From an uncultured Pseudomonadota bacterium (GTDB lineage Bacteria > Oederibacteriota > Muellerivitia > Muellerivitales > Muellerivitaceae): DNA of 64,000 nucleotides. The stretch lies in NCBI GenBank assembly GCA_963843375.1, contig CAWJKT010000004.1, positions 96,001 through 160,000 of the forward strand, written 5' to 3'. This document shows positions 40,631 through 52,091 of this stretch, one piece after another. The position numbers and the translations under genes are program-made. A model generated the notes under the pieces. The model was given only the letters and a program-made list of their open reading frames with translations. It searched no databases and was not told the origin of the DNA. Position 1 is the first letter of the stretch, and every line of letters starts with the position of its first letter.

Positions 40631-41584
40631 ATGAGTCTTCTGCTTACAGGCGCCTACGGCTTCATTGGAGCCCGCTTAGCTCACACCCTCTTGGAAAAAG
40701 ACCAAGAGAGTCTTGTTCTCGCCGACAGGCCCGATTATCGGGCCAGCCGATCCTGCGTTAAGGGGTTGGAAAACCTTCCCGTCATCGACCGGGAAAAGCT
40801 ACTGGATGAACTGCCCAAGCTGAAGAAGATCAGTGCGGTGATTCACTTGGGGGCCTGCACCGACACGGGAAACCATGATCAGGCTTATATGTGGAAAATG
40901 AACACCGATTACACCAAAGCGCTGTGGCAATGGTGCTCCGAAAGCAAAATTCCATTTATCTACGCCTCAAGTGGAGCCACCTATGGCCGGGGAGACGAGG
41001 GTTACTCTGACGATCACCGGGATATTCCCAAATACAAGCCTTTGAATGTCTACGGCCGAAGCAAGCATGAATTTGATCTTTGGGCGCTGAAACAAAAGGC
41101 CGCCCCGCCCCGCTGGTACGGGCTCAAGTTTTTCAACGTTTATGGTATGGATGAAAGCCACAAGGGCCGCATGGCTTCGCCGATTTTCCATGGATACAAC
41201 GAAATCCAGAAAGCCGGAAAGCAAACTTTGTTTCGCTCCCATAAAGAAGGCGTGTTGGACGGGGAACAAAAGAGGGATTTTATTTTTGTCGACGATATCG
41301 TGAAGCTTTGTTTGTTCTTCCTGGAGAAAAACCCGCCAGCGGGAATTTATAATTGCGGGACAGGACAAGCCCGGACTTTTCTGGATATGTCTAAGGCGCT
41401 TTTTACTGCCTTAGGGATGGAACAGAAGATCGAGTGGATCGACACGCCTGAAAAATTTCGAGATGGATACCAGTACTTCACGCAAGCGGATATGGGGAAG
41501 ATAAAGAAGGCGGGTTTTAGTGAATCCTTTTTGCCCATCGAAGAAGGCGTGGCTCGTTATGTCCAATGGTTGCAAACTAAATGA
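40631..41584 (+). CDS. hldD: ADP-L-glycero-D-manno-heptose 6-epimerase
   Basis: [57 protein letters not shown]. Confidence 0.92.
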   Translation: MSLLLTGAYGFIGARLAHTLLEKDQESLVLADRPDYRASRSCVKGLENLPVIDREKLLDELPKLKKISAVIHLGACTDTGNHDQAYMWKMNTDYTKALWQWCSESKIPFIYASSGATYGRGDEGYSDDHRDIPKYKPLNVYGRSKHEFDLWALKQKAAPPRWYGLKFFNVYGMDESHKGRMASPIFHGYNEIQKAGKQTLFRSHKEGVLDGEQKRDFIFVDDIVKLCLFFLEKNPPAGIYNCGTGQARTFLDMSKALFTALGMEQKIEWIDTPEKFRDGYQYFTQADMGKIKKAGFSESFLPIEEGVARYVQWLQTK

Positions 41585-41603
41585 TAGGAGGCTTGAAAAG
41601 ACA

Positions 41604-42518
41604 ATGACCTTTTCTCCCGTTGTGCTTCAAACCAACATACCCGGAGTTCCCACTCCAAAACGCGGCAAGGTGCGGGATATTTACGACTTGGGAGACAAGC
41701 TCTTGATTGTCGTGACCGACCGCATTTCGGCTTTCGATGTCATCATGCCCAATGGCATTCCGGACAAAGGCGTCGTTTTAAACCAAATTTCTCATTTTTG
41801 GTTCAAACAAGTCGAAACGATCATCCCGAACCATGTCATTTCCACTGAACTTTCCGCCCTTTCCGAACCCTTCCAGAAGGCCAAGGACCAGTTTTTGAAC
41901 CGATCGATGATCGTTAAGAAGGCCAAGCCCCTTCCCGTTGAATGCATTGTGCGGGGTTACCTGACGGGTTCGGGCTTGAAGGAGTACCAAAAGACAGGCA
42001 GGGTTTGCGGCATCGAGCTACCCAAGGGTTTGGTGGAGTCCTCCCGCATAGCTGAGCCTATCTTTACCCCTTCCACCAAGGCGGAAGAAGGACATGACCT
42101 TAATATTTCATTTGAAGAAATGAAAAGGATTCTTCGAGATGATCGTCTAGCTGAAAAGGTGAAAGACACCAGTCTAGCCATCTATAAAAAGGGACGTGAT
42201 GTTGCGGATGGCAAGGGGATTATCATCGCCGATACCAAATTCGAGTTCGGACTATTGGATGGGGAATTAATCCTTATTGATGAGGTCATGACCCCTGATT
42301 CTTCCCGTTTCTGGCCAAAGGACGATTATAAAGAAGGTGTTTCCCAAAAGAGTTTCGATAAGCAATTCGTTCGGGATTATTTGGAGACTTTGAAGGGCTG
42401 GAATAAGACTCCCCCGGGGCCGGTCTTGCCCGAAGAAATAGTGATTAAAACCCGTGAAAAATACGTGGATGCTTATGAACGAATTACCGGCAAAAAATTC
42501 GGAGATTTCCGGATTTAA
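41604..42518 (+). CDS. purC: Phosphoribosylaminoimidazole-succinocarboxamide synthase
   Basis: [61 protein letters not shown]. Confidence 0.97.
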   Translation: MTFSPVVLQTNIPGVPTPKRGKVRDIYDLGDKLLIVVTDRISAFDVIMPNGIPDKGVVLNQISHFWFKQVETIIPNHVISTELSALSEPFQKAKDQFLNRSMIVKKAKPLPVECIVRGYLTGSGLKEYQKTGRVCGIELPKGLVESSRIAEPIFTPSTKAEEGHDLNISFEEMKRILRDDRLAEKVKDTSLAIYKKGRDVADGKGIIIADTKFEFGLLDGELILIDEVMTPDSSRFWPKDDYKEGVSQKSFDKQFVRDYLETLKGWNKTPPGPVLPEEIVIKTREKYVDAYERITGKKFGDFRI

Positions 42519-42604
42519 GGGGCTTCCGAAAAAAATAAAAGCCGGGCTTTACCCCATCCAAGTCCCCGGTACAATAGGGTGGCATTTTAACTAAGGAGGA
42601 TCCC

Positions 42605-43135
42605 TTGAACCAAAATGGGACGCCATTCGATTTTAAATTATTCTTTGCCCAAATAGTTCACTTACTCTTTTCCAATCTTTGGTCCTGGTGGGCGGCAGGC
42701 ATTGGAATCGGCCTGACAGCCTTGGGGTTGGCTTGGTTTACCGGAAAGCGTTTGGGCGTAACCGGAGGGTTTGTGGAAGCCACTTCCTTCCAAGATTCTT
42801 CGGCAAAATCTAACGGCTTCCCTTGGAAGCTATGGTTCATCATTGGAATTGTTTTTGGGGGGGCCCTTGCCAATTTAGGGCATTGGAGTTGGACTTGGCT
42901 TTATGGTCGCTTGGATGCGCTTACCTATGGAAGTCTTTTCTTCAAAATTATCTGGCTGCTGGTGGGGGGATTTCTGGTGGGACTTGGCGCCCGTTGGGCG
43001 GGAGGTTGTGTGAGCGGAAACAGCATCATGGGAATATCCACCGGCAATAAGATGTCCATACTGGTGACCGTCGGTTTTTTAGCGGCAGGCATTTTGGTGA
43101 CCAACCTTGTTTATTCATTGTTCAGGGTGATGTAA
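42605..43135 (+). CDS. YeeE/YedE family sulfur-compound transporter subunit
   Basis: GGFLVGLGARWAGGCVSG motif. Confidence 0.85.
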   Translation: MNQNGTPFDFKLFFAQIVHLLFSNLWSWWAAGIGIGLTALGLAWFTGKRLGVTGGFVEATSFQDSSAKSNGFPWKLWFIIGIVFGGALANLGHWSWTWLYGRLDALTYGSLFFKIIWLLVGGFLVGLGARWAGGCVSGNSIMGISTGNKMSILVTVGFLAAGILVTNLVYSLFRVM

Positions 43136-43702
43136 ATGGCCCTGAAAAAAAAACCGATAACGATACGGAAAACAGTTAGGAATTCGCCCATGAATCAAAA
43201 GATTTCCCCGAGTCAACCCGTGAATAAAAAGAATGGGATTTTTCCCTATCTGGGTTTCGGAGTTCTTTTCGGCTATTTTCTTTCCAAGGCCGGAGCTACG
43301 GATTATGACACCGTGATTAATATGTTCCGACCGACTGATGTACATATCGACAGGGTACCCAAAGGATTCGCCTTTCACCTGGACTCCTTACGTCTTTACG
43401 GTGTTATCGGCGTGGCGATCGCGGTGATCGCATTGGGTCTTTTTCTTTTGGAAAATAGTCAGAAGCCCACCTTGTCCGGAAAAAAGCTGGATTGGGAGCC
43501 TTTGAAATGGGATCCGGATCGACTCATTGGCGCTTTTATATTCGGCGCAGGATGGGCTTTGACGGGGACTTGTCCGGGAACTTCGTTGGCCCAAATCGGC
43601 GAAGGGAAACTGGTGGCGATTTTTACCGTCATCGGGATCGCGGCCGGAGTTTGGGTTTACCCGAAAATTAAAACCACTTCCTCCAAAGAAACGGTTTGTT
43701 AA
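43136..43702 (+). CDS. YeeE/YedE family transporter, second subunit
   Basis: GVLFGYFL, GAFIFGAGWALTGTCPG motif. Confidence 0.85.
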   Translation: MALKKKPITIRKTVRNSPMNQKISPSQPVNKKNGIFPYLGFGVLFGYFLSKAGATDYDTVINMFRPTDVHIDRVPKGFAFHLDSLRLYGVIGVAIAVIALGLFLLENSQKPTLSGKKLDWEPLKWDPDRLIGAFIFGAGWALTGTCPGTSLAQIGEGKLVAIFTVIGIAAGVWVYPKIKTTSSKETVC

Positions 43703-44484
43703 AACTTTCGGGGCTGCTTTTTTTCCTTACGCTTGGAATATTATTCACCCCGGCTGTTTCCCAAGCGGATGAGGCCTGGCAATCCCCCGATTCCGATACC
43801 TCCCTGGGGCATTTCGCCTCGAAATTTTTTGCCGATATACCCCATCTTTTTATTCCGGACAACGCCGTTCCTTTCTTCGCTGGAAGCTTATTAACCGCTT
43901 CCGATTGGGTTTTTTTTGACCGGCAAGATGATTTGGAGCCCAGTTTAAAAAGTTTGAATATCCAACCGGTATTTGATTTCGGGAATTTTTATGGGGGGGG
44001 ATGGTTGGAAGAGGGAGCCGCTTTGGGAAGTTGGTCCCTGGGTGCTCTTACCCAGAACCTTCAGTTTCAAGAATTCGGTCGGGACGCCTGCGAAACGTTG
44101 GCCGCATCCTTTATTGTTTTGGAAAGCCTGAAAATAGCAGTTAATCGGACCCGCCCGGATGGAAACCCTGATTCTTTTCCTTCGGGCCATTCCATCACGG
44201 CTTTTTGCTTGGCGCCCGTGGTAAACAGATATTTTGGCTGGCAGGTGGGTGTACCCGCCTATATTTTGGCTACGGTAACGGGTTTTGCCCGGGTGGAGGG
44301 CGGTTATCATTACCTGTCCGACGTCATTGCCGGAGCTACTCTGGGGATCGTCATCGGCAACGCGGTGGTTTACGCGCCTAAGGATGTTTCGGTTTCAGCG
44401 GGAATCGGACAAATGAACTTGAAAGTCTGGCTTTTAACTAACCTTTTCCAAGCGGTCCAGCTCCTTTTCGACTTCTTCCATTAG
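43696..44484 (+). CDS. PAP2 family phosphatase (true 3' end probably slightly earlier)
   Basis: KIAVNRTRP, SFPSGH, ARVEGGYHYLSDV. Confidence 0.85.
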   Translation: MLKLSGLLFFLTLGILFTPAVSQADEAWQSPDSDTSLGHFASKFFADIPHLFIPDNAVPFFAGSLLTASDWVFFDRQDDLEPSLKSLNIQPVFDFGNFYGGGWLEEGAALGSWSLGALTQNLQFQEFGRDACETLAASFIVLESLKIAVNRTRPDGNPDSFPSGHSITAFCLAPVVNRYFGWQVGVPAYILATVTGFARVEGGYHYLSDVIAGATLGIVIGNAVVYAPKDVSVSAGIGQMNLKVWLLTNLFQAVQLLFDFFH

Positions 44485-46158
44485 GGGTTCGATCATTTTT
44501 AGGCTGAAATCAAACCGGATGCCCGCGGATTTAAAAATCTCCGGTAAGGGTTGGCTTCCCCCGACGGATAGCCCTTGTTTGTAAAGGCGAACACCCTCGG
44601 CCTTATCTTTCCTAAAATTCTTCCATACTTGAAGAGCCCTAAGTTGGGCGATTCCATATTCGATGTAATAAAAGGGATACTCAAATATATGAAGCTGGCG
44701 GTGCCAAAGATAGGCTTGTACTTCCTCCAAACCATTCCAATCCTCAATACCTCCCAAGCGATGGCGTAAATTCAGCCAATAATCAGACCTTTCTTTTCGG
44801 CTATGGTCGGGATGGGTATAAATCCAATGTTGGAAGGCATCCACGGTGGCGATCCAAGGGAAGTAGGGTAATCACATCTTCCAGGTGGCGGATGGTGGAG
44901 CGGGCCGCTTCCGGGGATTGCATAAAACTCATCCAGGTAAGGATCCGCCATCAATTCCATGCTCATGGAAGCCACCTCACAGAATTCCATGGGTGCGTGG
45001 CGGTAAGGGGAAAAGGAAATATTCCTCCAGGCGAAACTATGCATGGCATGGCCACTCTCATGAAGCAAGGTGCGAACATCGTGATCGAGTCCCACCGAAT
45101 TGGCAAAAATAAAGGGGATTCGGGCCTCTTCCAAATCCACTTGGTAACCTCCAGGGGCTTTTCCTTTGCGGGATTCCAAGTCCAGCAGGCTTAATTCCTT
45201 CATCCGTTTAAAGTTATCCGCCAAAGTCGGGATCAATTTTCGATAATATTTGTTCACATCCATCGACTAGTTTTTCAGTATTTTCAAAAGGTTTTAAGGG
45301 GGCTAATCCAGCCGGATCGACCAAGAGGTCCCATGGCCGTAAAGCGGGTAATCCCATTTTCTTTTTCCGCTTTTCCTGGATTTTGACGACCAAGGGCCGG
45401 ATGGCTTTTTCGGCGCTTTCATGAAAAGCTTCACAATCTTTTGGACCGTAATCAAAACGTTCCTTGCGTCGAAAAATATAATTCCGGTAATCGGGAAACC
45501 CGCGTTTTTGGCGGCTTGGGCACGAATTTTAAGCATCTTGTCGAAGAGTTCTTCAAGGGAATTTTTTTCTTTCAAACGGCGTTCCGCTATCAACTTCCAG
45601 GCTTCTTCCCGTTGAGCCCGGTTGGTGGATTCCAAATAGCGCCCCATTTGTTGAAGGGTTTGCTCTTTGCCCTCGTATTTCACGGTTAAAGCGCCATTTC
45701 GTTTCTGGTATTCCTGGGATAGTTTTTCTAATTCCGTTTCCAACGGGATGTTTTCCTCCCGGTACAAATTTAAATCATTTCCAATAGAGCGGTTGTAAAG
45801 AAAGTAATCTTTCTCCGGAAGTGAAGGGACGGTAAGGGCATTCCCAGTATTTTTTGGAAAGGGCGAAGAATTTGGGTTTGCTTGGCTCCGAGATTTTTTC
45901 AAGGAAATCCAGATAGCTTTTCTCGATATCCGGATCGTCGGTTTTACAGGTCATGCGAACATAGCGGACCGAACCCTCCTCATTCAGGCAATCCTGGAAT
46001 TCTCCTAGGTCCTTCAACCATTTTTCCAAATCTGCGGGATGATAAAAGATTCCGGTTTTGAAGATCCTCAAAAATTTTTTCGACCGTTTCCCAATTTCCA
46101 AGATGGGCTTCCGGCGGAACAAACCGGCGGGGATAGGGATGAGGAAGCGTTTTGGCAT
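44434..46158 (-). CDS. pepF: Oligoendopeptidase F (peptidase M3); many indels
   Basis: Fragments give YVRMTC.TDD, RAQAAKNAGF, DLESRKGKAPGGY, LLHESGHAMH (HExxH), EFCEVASMSMEL, DAFQHWIY, QLHIFEYPFYYIEYGIAQL. Confidence 0.85.
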
Positions 46159-46268
46159 TCAAGAGGGTCATTTCATTTTCCTTTAAGTTATTTGGGAGCG
46201 GGGCACTTTATCAAAAGCTCGTGGGGAAAAAAAGCTGTATGATAAAACCATTATCGGAGGATGATTCC

Positions 46269-46739
46269 ATGCGTTGGGTAACGGTTTTATATATTTTGGC
46301 GTCACTGGTCGGTTGCAATCTTAAGCGACCGGGGCCTTTCCAAGCTCCAAGTCGCGGAAGATCTGGTGTTGGGCATTAATTTGGAAGACATCAAACAGCA
46401 ATGGTTTCTCTATTCCACCAAGGAACTCGTGGTAGACCAATCCATGAGTACCGACTCCGATATCGTCTATCGTGGCGTCAGTCGGGATCCTGCGGTTACG
46501 AGTTTTTATTTTTTTTTCAATTCCAAACAAAGATTCTCCATCAAGTTGAATGGCGGTACCAATCCAGCATGACCGAAGCGAAGGAAAAGGAACTTTTAGA
46601 CTATTGGACCCAAAAACTTTGGAGTCCCTCTTGTCACCAGCGGTGGGATGGCAAGGTTTACGTTTGGGATGATCGAAAAGCCCAATTACAACTTTACTTG
46701 GCGGATGGTATTTGCCATTTGATCCAAAAGTTAAATTGA
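46269..46739 (+). CDS. Hypothetical lipoprotein; frameshifted
   Basis: MRWVTVLYILASLVGC leader, continuing through ORF pieces 46366..46572 and 46401..46739. Confidence 0.5.
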
Positions 46740-46797
46740 ATTCTTTTTAGCTTCCACCTTATTCGACATTTGAGAAAGGGATCGTTATAATCGGCCC

Positions 46798-47831
46798 ATG
46801 ACGATTTACTCTTATTCCCGAATTAATACCTACTTTACTTGCCCCGCCCAATTCCAATTCCGATATATCGAAAAAAGACCCTCGCCCGTGGCGGAAGGGA
46901 TCGAGCTTTTCCTCGGCTCCCGTTTCCATGAGACCATGGAATTTCTTTACCACCAAGTCCCTCAACGAATCCCCACCGTCAATGAGATGGTTGATTACTT
47001 CAAGAACCATTGGGAAAAACATTGGCAACAGTCACTTCAAAAGCAAAGAGACAAAAATTTCAAAGAAACTCTCAGAATTGTTAATGAAGGCCAATCTGCG
47101 GAGGATTATTTCCAAAAAGGGCTGCTTTTCGTCGAAAACTATTACCACCAATACCACCCCTTTGACCAAGACAAGACCGAAGGAATTGAGATCAGGGTCG
47201 CCTTTGACTTGGATTCAAAAGGCCAATATAAGATGCAAGGCTTTATTGACCGATTGGGAAGGGATGACGAAGGAACTCTTTGGATCCACGACTATAAAAC
47301 CAGCTCCCGCAAGATGTCGGAAGAAGACGTCAAGACCGAAGATCAACTGGCCCTTTACCAGATAGGGTTAATTCAGAACCCCAATATGGCGCCAAGGAAA
47401 AGATCAAACTTATTTGGCATTTCGTGGCGTTTGAAAAAGACCAAGTGGTGAGTGAACGTAACCCCAAAGAGATCGGCTGGCTCTCGGAAAAATATATCTC
47501 TAAGATACAGACGATTGAAAAAGCTAAAACCTATCCAACCAAGCCAAGTGTTCTATGCTCCTGGTGTGAATACCTGTCCCTTTGCTTGGATGGCCAACAG
47601 GCGGTGGCCAATCGAAAAAAGAAGCAAGAAAACAAAGAAGTATTAAAGGGAACAACTCCCCCTTCATCGATCACCGAAACTCCAGTTAAGACTTCCTCCT
47701 TGGATGAGAAGACGAAAAACGATTTAATGCCTTTATCTAGTAATACAATTTCAGCCAATAATACGTTTAAATCTAGGGGAAGAAAAAATTCTCATTCAAT
47801 GGTATCTTCAGATCAGTTATCTCTATTTTAA
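46798..47831 (+). CDS. PD-(D/E)XK RecB-family nuclease with four-Cys Fe-S staple; indel near 47390
   Basis: YSYSRINTYFTCP, GSRFH, GFIDRL, IHDYKT, QLALY, CSWCEYLSLC. Confidence 0.85.
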
Positions 47832-48010
47832 ATTTCCTAGCAAATTAATAAGCCAAAATAAAAAATAAGCCAAAAAAACAACACTTTTTCCTAATATCTT
47901 TAAAAACCATATATAAATAAGTTTGAAAAACGGTATTTAAATGCACCCATAAAATATACTAAGAACCATTAGGTAAACGGTTTTCTTAAAATTGCAACAA
48001 AAGAGTCAAG
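47832..48010 (+). promoter_or_regulatory. Very AT-rich upstream region with a 12-bp direct repeat
   Basis: AATAAGCCAAAA at 47847 and 47864, directly upstream of the phcB-like operon. Confidence 0.45.
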
Positions 48011-49429
48011 ATGACGATTTCAGCCGGCAAAAATACTTTTATCACTTGCCGAAATAGCCAAGGAACTGAATTTCGGGCAACTCTCCTTCGCCTGACGCGA
48101 TACGCAGTGGTTTTTGAAGTCTATAATCCTTACAGCATCCTTCAATTATCAGAGGTTTTAACTGATTTTAAGATGATAATGAACGATCGGATCGTTTATT
48201 CCGGTCGGGCAGTCGTCAGCAACCTTTTGAATACCGGAATCCTTCTAGTTTGCGAAGCCACATTGGAAGATTCCTGGTTGGATATTGATGTTTTCTCTTC
48301 AACCCAGAAGGGGGACTGGTGGGAGGCGGAGTTCGCCGAATTTCTCAAAGAATGGGAGAAGGTTCGGCAGGTCCAGCCGGAATTCAAAGTGATCGTAGCC
48401 GACATTCAAACAATGTTAATGGACCTTCGACGCTGGCTGGAACAAGTGGAATTAAGTATTCGTGCAGAGCCGGGAAAGGACCGGCTGAAAATGGAGGTTG
48501 ATATTCTCGAGAATCTCAGGAAACCCGTAATTCCCACGGTGGCTTCCATTTTCCAGCAATTTGAAGAAGCGGCCTGTCAAATTGAAGAAGACCTGCAACC
48601 GGTACATCGTTCTTACGTTAAGCGACAGATCCATTGGTTGATTCTCTGCTCGCCTTTTATTTACCGGACTTTTCAAAAACCCATGGGTTATGCGGGAGAT
48701 TACGAAACGGTGGATATGATTTTCCGACCACCCCATGAGGGTGGGTCGCTTTTCGCCAAAGTATTGAATCTATATATTTTGAGCCGTGCACCAGCGGAAG
48801 CCCACCGAAACCGGGTGAAGTACATGACGGAACTTTTAATCCGGGAGACCCGAAGGGTTGTTCTTCAGGGACGAAAAGCCATCGTCTTGAATTTAGGATG
48901 CGGTCCGGCTCGCGAAGTCCAAGATTTCCTGAAAGAGGACGAATTATGCGAGAAAGCCCACCTAATTTTAGTTGATTTCAATGAAGAAACCCTGTTACAT
49001 GCCGGAAATAACCTAGAAAAAGCCAAAAAAGAAAATAACCGAAAAACTGAAATTGATTTGGTTAAAAAGTCGGTGCACCAAGTTTTAAAAGAATCGATAA
49101 AAGGTTTTGGATCAAATCCCGATGGAAAATTCGATCTCATTTATTGTGCCGGACTTTTTGACTATCTTTCCGATCGAATTTGTAAAAGGCTTATGAATAT
49201 TTTCTATCAGTCCCTCGCGCCGGGTGGGTTTGTTGTGGCTACTAATGTTGACCCTTCTAATCCCATACGATATTTGATGGATTACGTTTTGGAATGGCAC
49301 TTGGTTTATCGAAACGCTGCCCAATTAAAACTTTTGGCTCCGGATGACGCCCCTGCGGATGCTGTTTTTGTAAAATCAGAGGTCACGGGAGTTAATCTTT
49401 TCCTGGAAGTAAGGAAGCCCACCTCATGA
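48011..49429 (+). CDS. phcB: PhcB-like SAM-dependent methyltransferase (3-hydroxy fatty acid methyl ester signal synthase family)
   Basis: RNSQG, EVYNPYSI.Q.SEVL, KPMGYAGDY, AHRNR, NLGCGPA.E, SVHQ.LK, YCAGLFDYLSD, TNV...NP, LEW.L.YR, TGVN.F.E are colinear with Ralstonia PhcB as I recall it. Confidence 0.8.
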   Translation: MTISAGKNTFITCRNSQGTEFRATLLRLTRYAVVFEVYNPYSILQLSEVLTDFKMIMNDRIVYSGRAVVSNLLNTGILLVCEATLEDSWLDIDVFSSTQKGDWWEAEFAEFLKEWEKVRQVQPEFKVIVADIQTMLMDLRRWLEQVELSIRAEPGKDRLKMEVDILENLRKPVIPTVASIFQQFEEAACQIEEDLQPVHRSYVKRQIHWLILCSPFIYRTFQKPMGYAGDYETVDMIFRPPHEGGSLFAKVLNLYILSRAPAEAHRNRVKYMTELLIRETRRVVLQGRKAIVLNLGCGPAREVQDFLKEDELCEKAHLILVDFNEETLLHAGNNLEKAKKENNRKTEIDLVKKSVHQVLKESIKGFGSNPDGKFDLIYCAGLFDYLSDRICKRLMNIFYQSLAPGGFVVATNVDPSNPIRYLMDYVLEWHLVYRNAAQLKLLAPDDAPADAVFVKSEVTGVNLFLEVRKPTS

Positions 49430-52056
49430 AATTTTCAGAATTTTCAGCCCCGTTACGAATCGCATTTATTGAAGAAGAACGACGGGTCCGAATTGCCAAT
49501 TCCAAGGGAGGCTGCTGGCTGGCCATCGTACTCATGCCGGCCGGTTACAGTTTGGATGCGGGTCTTTATCCTGAAAAGGCCCTTCTATTTCTTAAGTTAC
49601 GGCTATTGTGCGCTCTATTAGTCGGCGGTGTCTTGGTAGTCCTTTATACGAAAATAGGACGCCGTTTTTACAAAGTGTTGAGTCAGATCTGGTACATCCT
49701 TCCCCTAATGACCCTTTGTTGGATTATTTACGCCTCCAATGGTTATGCCTGCCCGCATTATTTGGGACTTTATATTGTCCTTTTGGCGGTGGGGTTGATG
49801 CTTCCTTGGACCTACCAGGAAAATATTTTTGCAGGCGCACTTGTCACGACCATGTATGTGGTCGCTTGTTGGCTTCACGGTCCCCATCCTCTTCCAGAAG
49901 AATTTAAATCCCATCTTTACTTCCTGATTCTTACCGACATTATCGTGATCACAGGCAGCTTCTTCCAGGAACGCATCCGTTTAAGTGAGTTTGTTTTAAG
50001 GTTCGAGTTAAATGAAAACAAACAAATGCTGGAAGAATCCAATCGAAAACTCGTAGAAGTCGACCAGATCAAAAACCAGTTTTTCGCCAATATTAGCCAT
50101 GAATTACGAACACCTCTCACCCTGCTCATCGCGCCCTTAGAAATGCTTCGAAGCGAAAAGGCGCATCTTCTAGATCAGGAAGCCCAAGATGTTTTAAAGA
50201 CCATGCAAGAAAATGCTATGAGGCTTCTCAAACTTATCAATGACCTATTGGATATCGTCAGGTTGGAGTCCGGCCGAGTGGAAGTCCGCAAGGAGCCTTT
50301 GAAAATCGAGGAATTCATTAGGGGAGTTGTTCTCTCGGTGCAAGGTGCCGCAAGGGACAAAAGGGTAATGCTTTCCGCCAATATCCAGGAAGGCTTGGGA
50401 ACAGTATTGGCCGACCGGGACATGTTAGAAAAAATTCTTTTAAATCTGATTTTCAACTCGGTGAAGTTTACGCCTTCCCGGGGAAAAGTTGAGATTTCGG
50501 CAATCGTGAAAGAGGGCTTTCTCTTCCTCAAAGTTTTGGATACCGGGATGGGCATTTCGGAACAAGACCTACCGCATATCTTCGATCGCTTCTGGCAGGC
50601 GGACGCTTCTGCCCAACGAAAATACCAAGGCACCGGAATCGGGCTGTCCCTGGTTAAGGAATTAACGGAAGTCCAAGGGGGCACGGTCGCCGCCGAAAGT
50701 CAATTTGGGAAAGGGACGACCATAACCGTAAGAATCCCAGTTGAAAAGACCAGCGAAGTTATCGGTCCAGATGCGCAATTACTTGAACAAAAGGATTCTA
50801 CTCTCATCCAATCCGAGGAGTGGCTTACAAAACTTTACCATCGGGCAGAACTTTTCCCGGCTATTACATCTTTGGCCTCAACCCTGCGTCCGGATGAATT
50901 TGGAAAAGGAAGAGGGCCGAAAGTTCTCATCGCTGACGACGAGCCGGACATGTTGAGATTTTTAAAAACCCAGATGGAAAAATATTATGAGGTCTTAGAG
51001 GCCGTGGATGGTAAACAGGCTGTGGAGAAAGCCCGTCAATTCCTGCCCGACCTGATCATTCTTGACATGATGATGCCGGAAATGGACGGTATCGAGGCTT
51101 GTAAGAAAATCAGGGATTTTAGTACCACTCAGGCGATTCCCATTATTCTTTTAACGGCTAGGGCCGACGATGCCACCAAGCTGGAAGCTTTGAATGCGGG
51201 GGCGAGCGATTTTTTGACAAAACCTTTTTCCAACACCGAATTGCATGTGCGAGTTAAAAATCTTGTGGAATCCTATCAATATCAAAGGGATTTGAGCCGA
51301 CAAAAAAGTGCACTAGAATCGACACTCGAACAATTAAAAGAAACGGAAGGACAATTGGTCCAAAACGAAAAGATGGCTTCCCTTGGGCGTCTTAGCGCCG
51401 GTATCATTCATGAGATTAATAATCCTTTGAATTATGCTCATTCGGCTCTTCATGTGTTGAGAATGAAAAAGGATATTTTGCCTCAGGAGGATAGAGAAAA
51501 ATATGCCGAGGTGGTGGCTGATATCGAAGAGGGCATTGGAAGGGTCGAGCGGATTGTCTCTGACTTGAGGACCTTTACCCATCCCAAATTCGGTGGAGCG
51601 GTGGATTCCGTTGAATTGGAAAAATTAATTTCGACAGCTTTGCGCTTTTTAAGCCACGAATTGAAAGATAAGGTTAGAGTGGATTTAAAAATTCCAAAAG
51701 AACAAATGGTCATGGCGGACCAGAACAAGCTCATTCAAATTTTTGTAAATCTTTTCCAAAATGCTGTGGACGCCCTAAAAGAAAAAGAATTCGACGGCGA
51801 AGAACCTCTTTTATCCATTCAAAGCCGATTGGAAGACGACAAAGTCCTGGTAAACGTCCGGGACAACGGAGCTGGGATCGCCCAGGAAAACCTGGACAAG
51901 ATTTTCGATCCATTTTTTACCACTAAGGACGTTGGTCAGGGTATGGGGCTGGGATTGAGCCTTTGTTATAGATTGATCAATGACCAGGGAGGAAGCATCA
52001 CGGTGAAAAGCGAGCAAGGTAAATTCACCGAGTTTCAATTTGGAAATACCGACTAA
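49426..52056 (+). CDS. Membrane hybrid sensor kinase TM-HisKA-HATPase-REC-HisKA-HATPase (PhcS-like sensor)
   Basis: About 5-6 TM helices, SHELRTPL, N/G boxes (GTGIGL), receiver (ADDE, LDMMMP, LTKP), second H box IHEINNPL and DPFFTTK..GMGLGL. ATGA overlap with phcB. Confidence 0.88.
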   Translation: MKFSEFSAPLRIAFIEEERRVRIANSKGGCWLAIVLMPAGYSLDAGLYPEKALLFLKLRLLCALLVGGVLVVLYTKIGRRFYKVLSQIWYILPLMTLCWIIYASNGYACPHYLGLYIVLLAVGLMLPWTYQENIFAGALVTTMYVVACWLHGPHPLPEEFKSHLYFLILTDIIVITGSFFQERIRLSEFVLRFELNENKQMLEESNRKLVEVDQIKNQFFANISHELRTPLTLLIAPLEMLRSEKAHLLDQEAQDVLKTMQENAMRLLKLINDLLDIVRLESGRVEVRKEPLKIEEFIRGVVLSVQGAARDKRVMLSANIQEGLGTVLADRDMLEKILLNLIFNSVKFTPSRGKVEISAIVKEGFLFLKVLDTGMGISEQDLPHIFDRFWQADASAQRKYQGTGIGLSLVKELTEVQGGTVAAESQFGKGTTITVRIPVEKTSEVIGPDAQLLEQKDSTLIQSEEWLTKLYHRAELFPAITSLASTLRPDEFGKGRGPKVLIADDEPDMLRFLKTQMEKYYEVLEAVDGKQAVEKARQFLPDLIILDMMMPEMDGIEACKKIRDFSTTQAIPIILLTARADDATKLEALNAGASDFLTKPFSNTELHVRVKNLVESYQYQRDLSRQKSALESTLEQLKETEGQLVQNEKMASLGRLSAGIIHEINNPLNYAHSALHVLRMKKDILPQEDREKYAEVVADIEEGIGRVERIVSDLRTFTHPKFGGAVDSVELEKLISTALRFLSHELKDKVRVDLKIPKEQMVMADQNKLIQIFVNLFQNAVDALKEKEFDGEEPLLSIQSRLEDDKVLVNVRDNGAGIAQENLDKIFDPFFTTKDVGQGMGLGLSLCYRLINDQGGSITVKSEQGKFTEFQFGNTD

Positions 52057-52091
52057 AAAATAGAAGGCGAGAAACTTAAGGAGACAAGTTT

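Noticed and set aside
46798..47831. Cas4-like nuclease suggesting a CRISPR-Cas locus
   Set aside because: No cas1/cas2 or repeat-spacer array seen. The features fit a stand-alone RecB-family nuclease.
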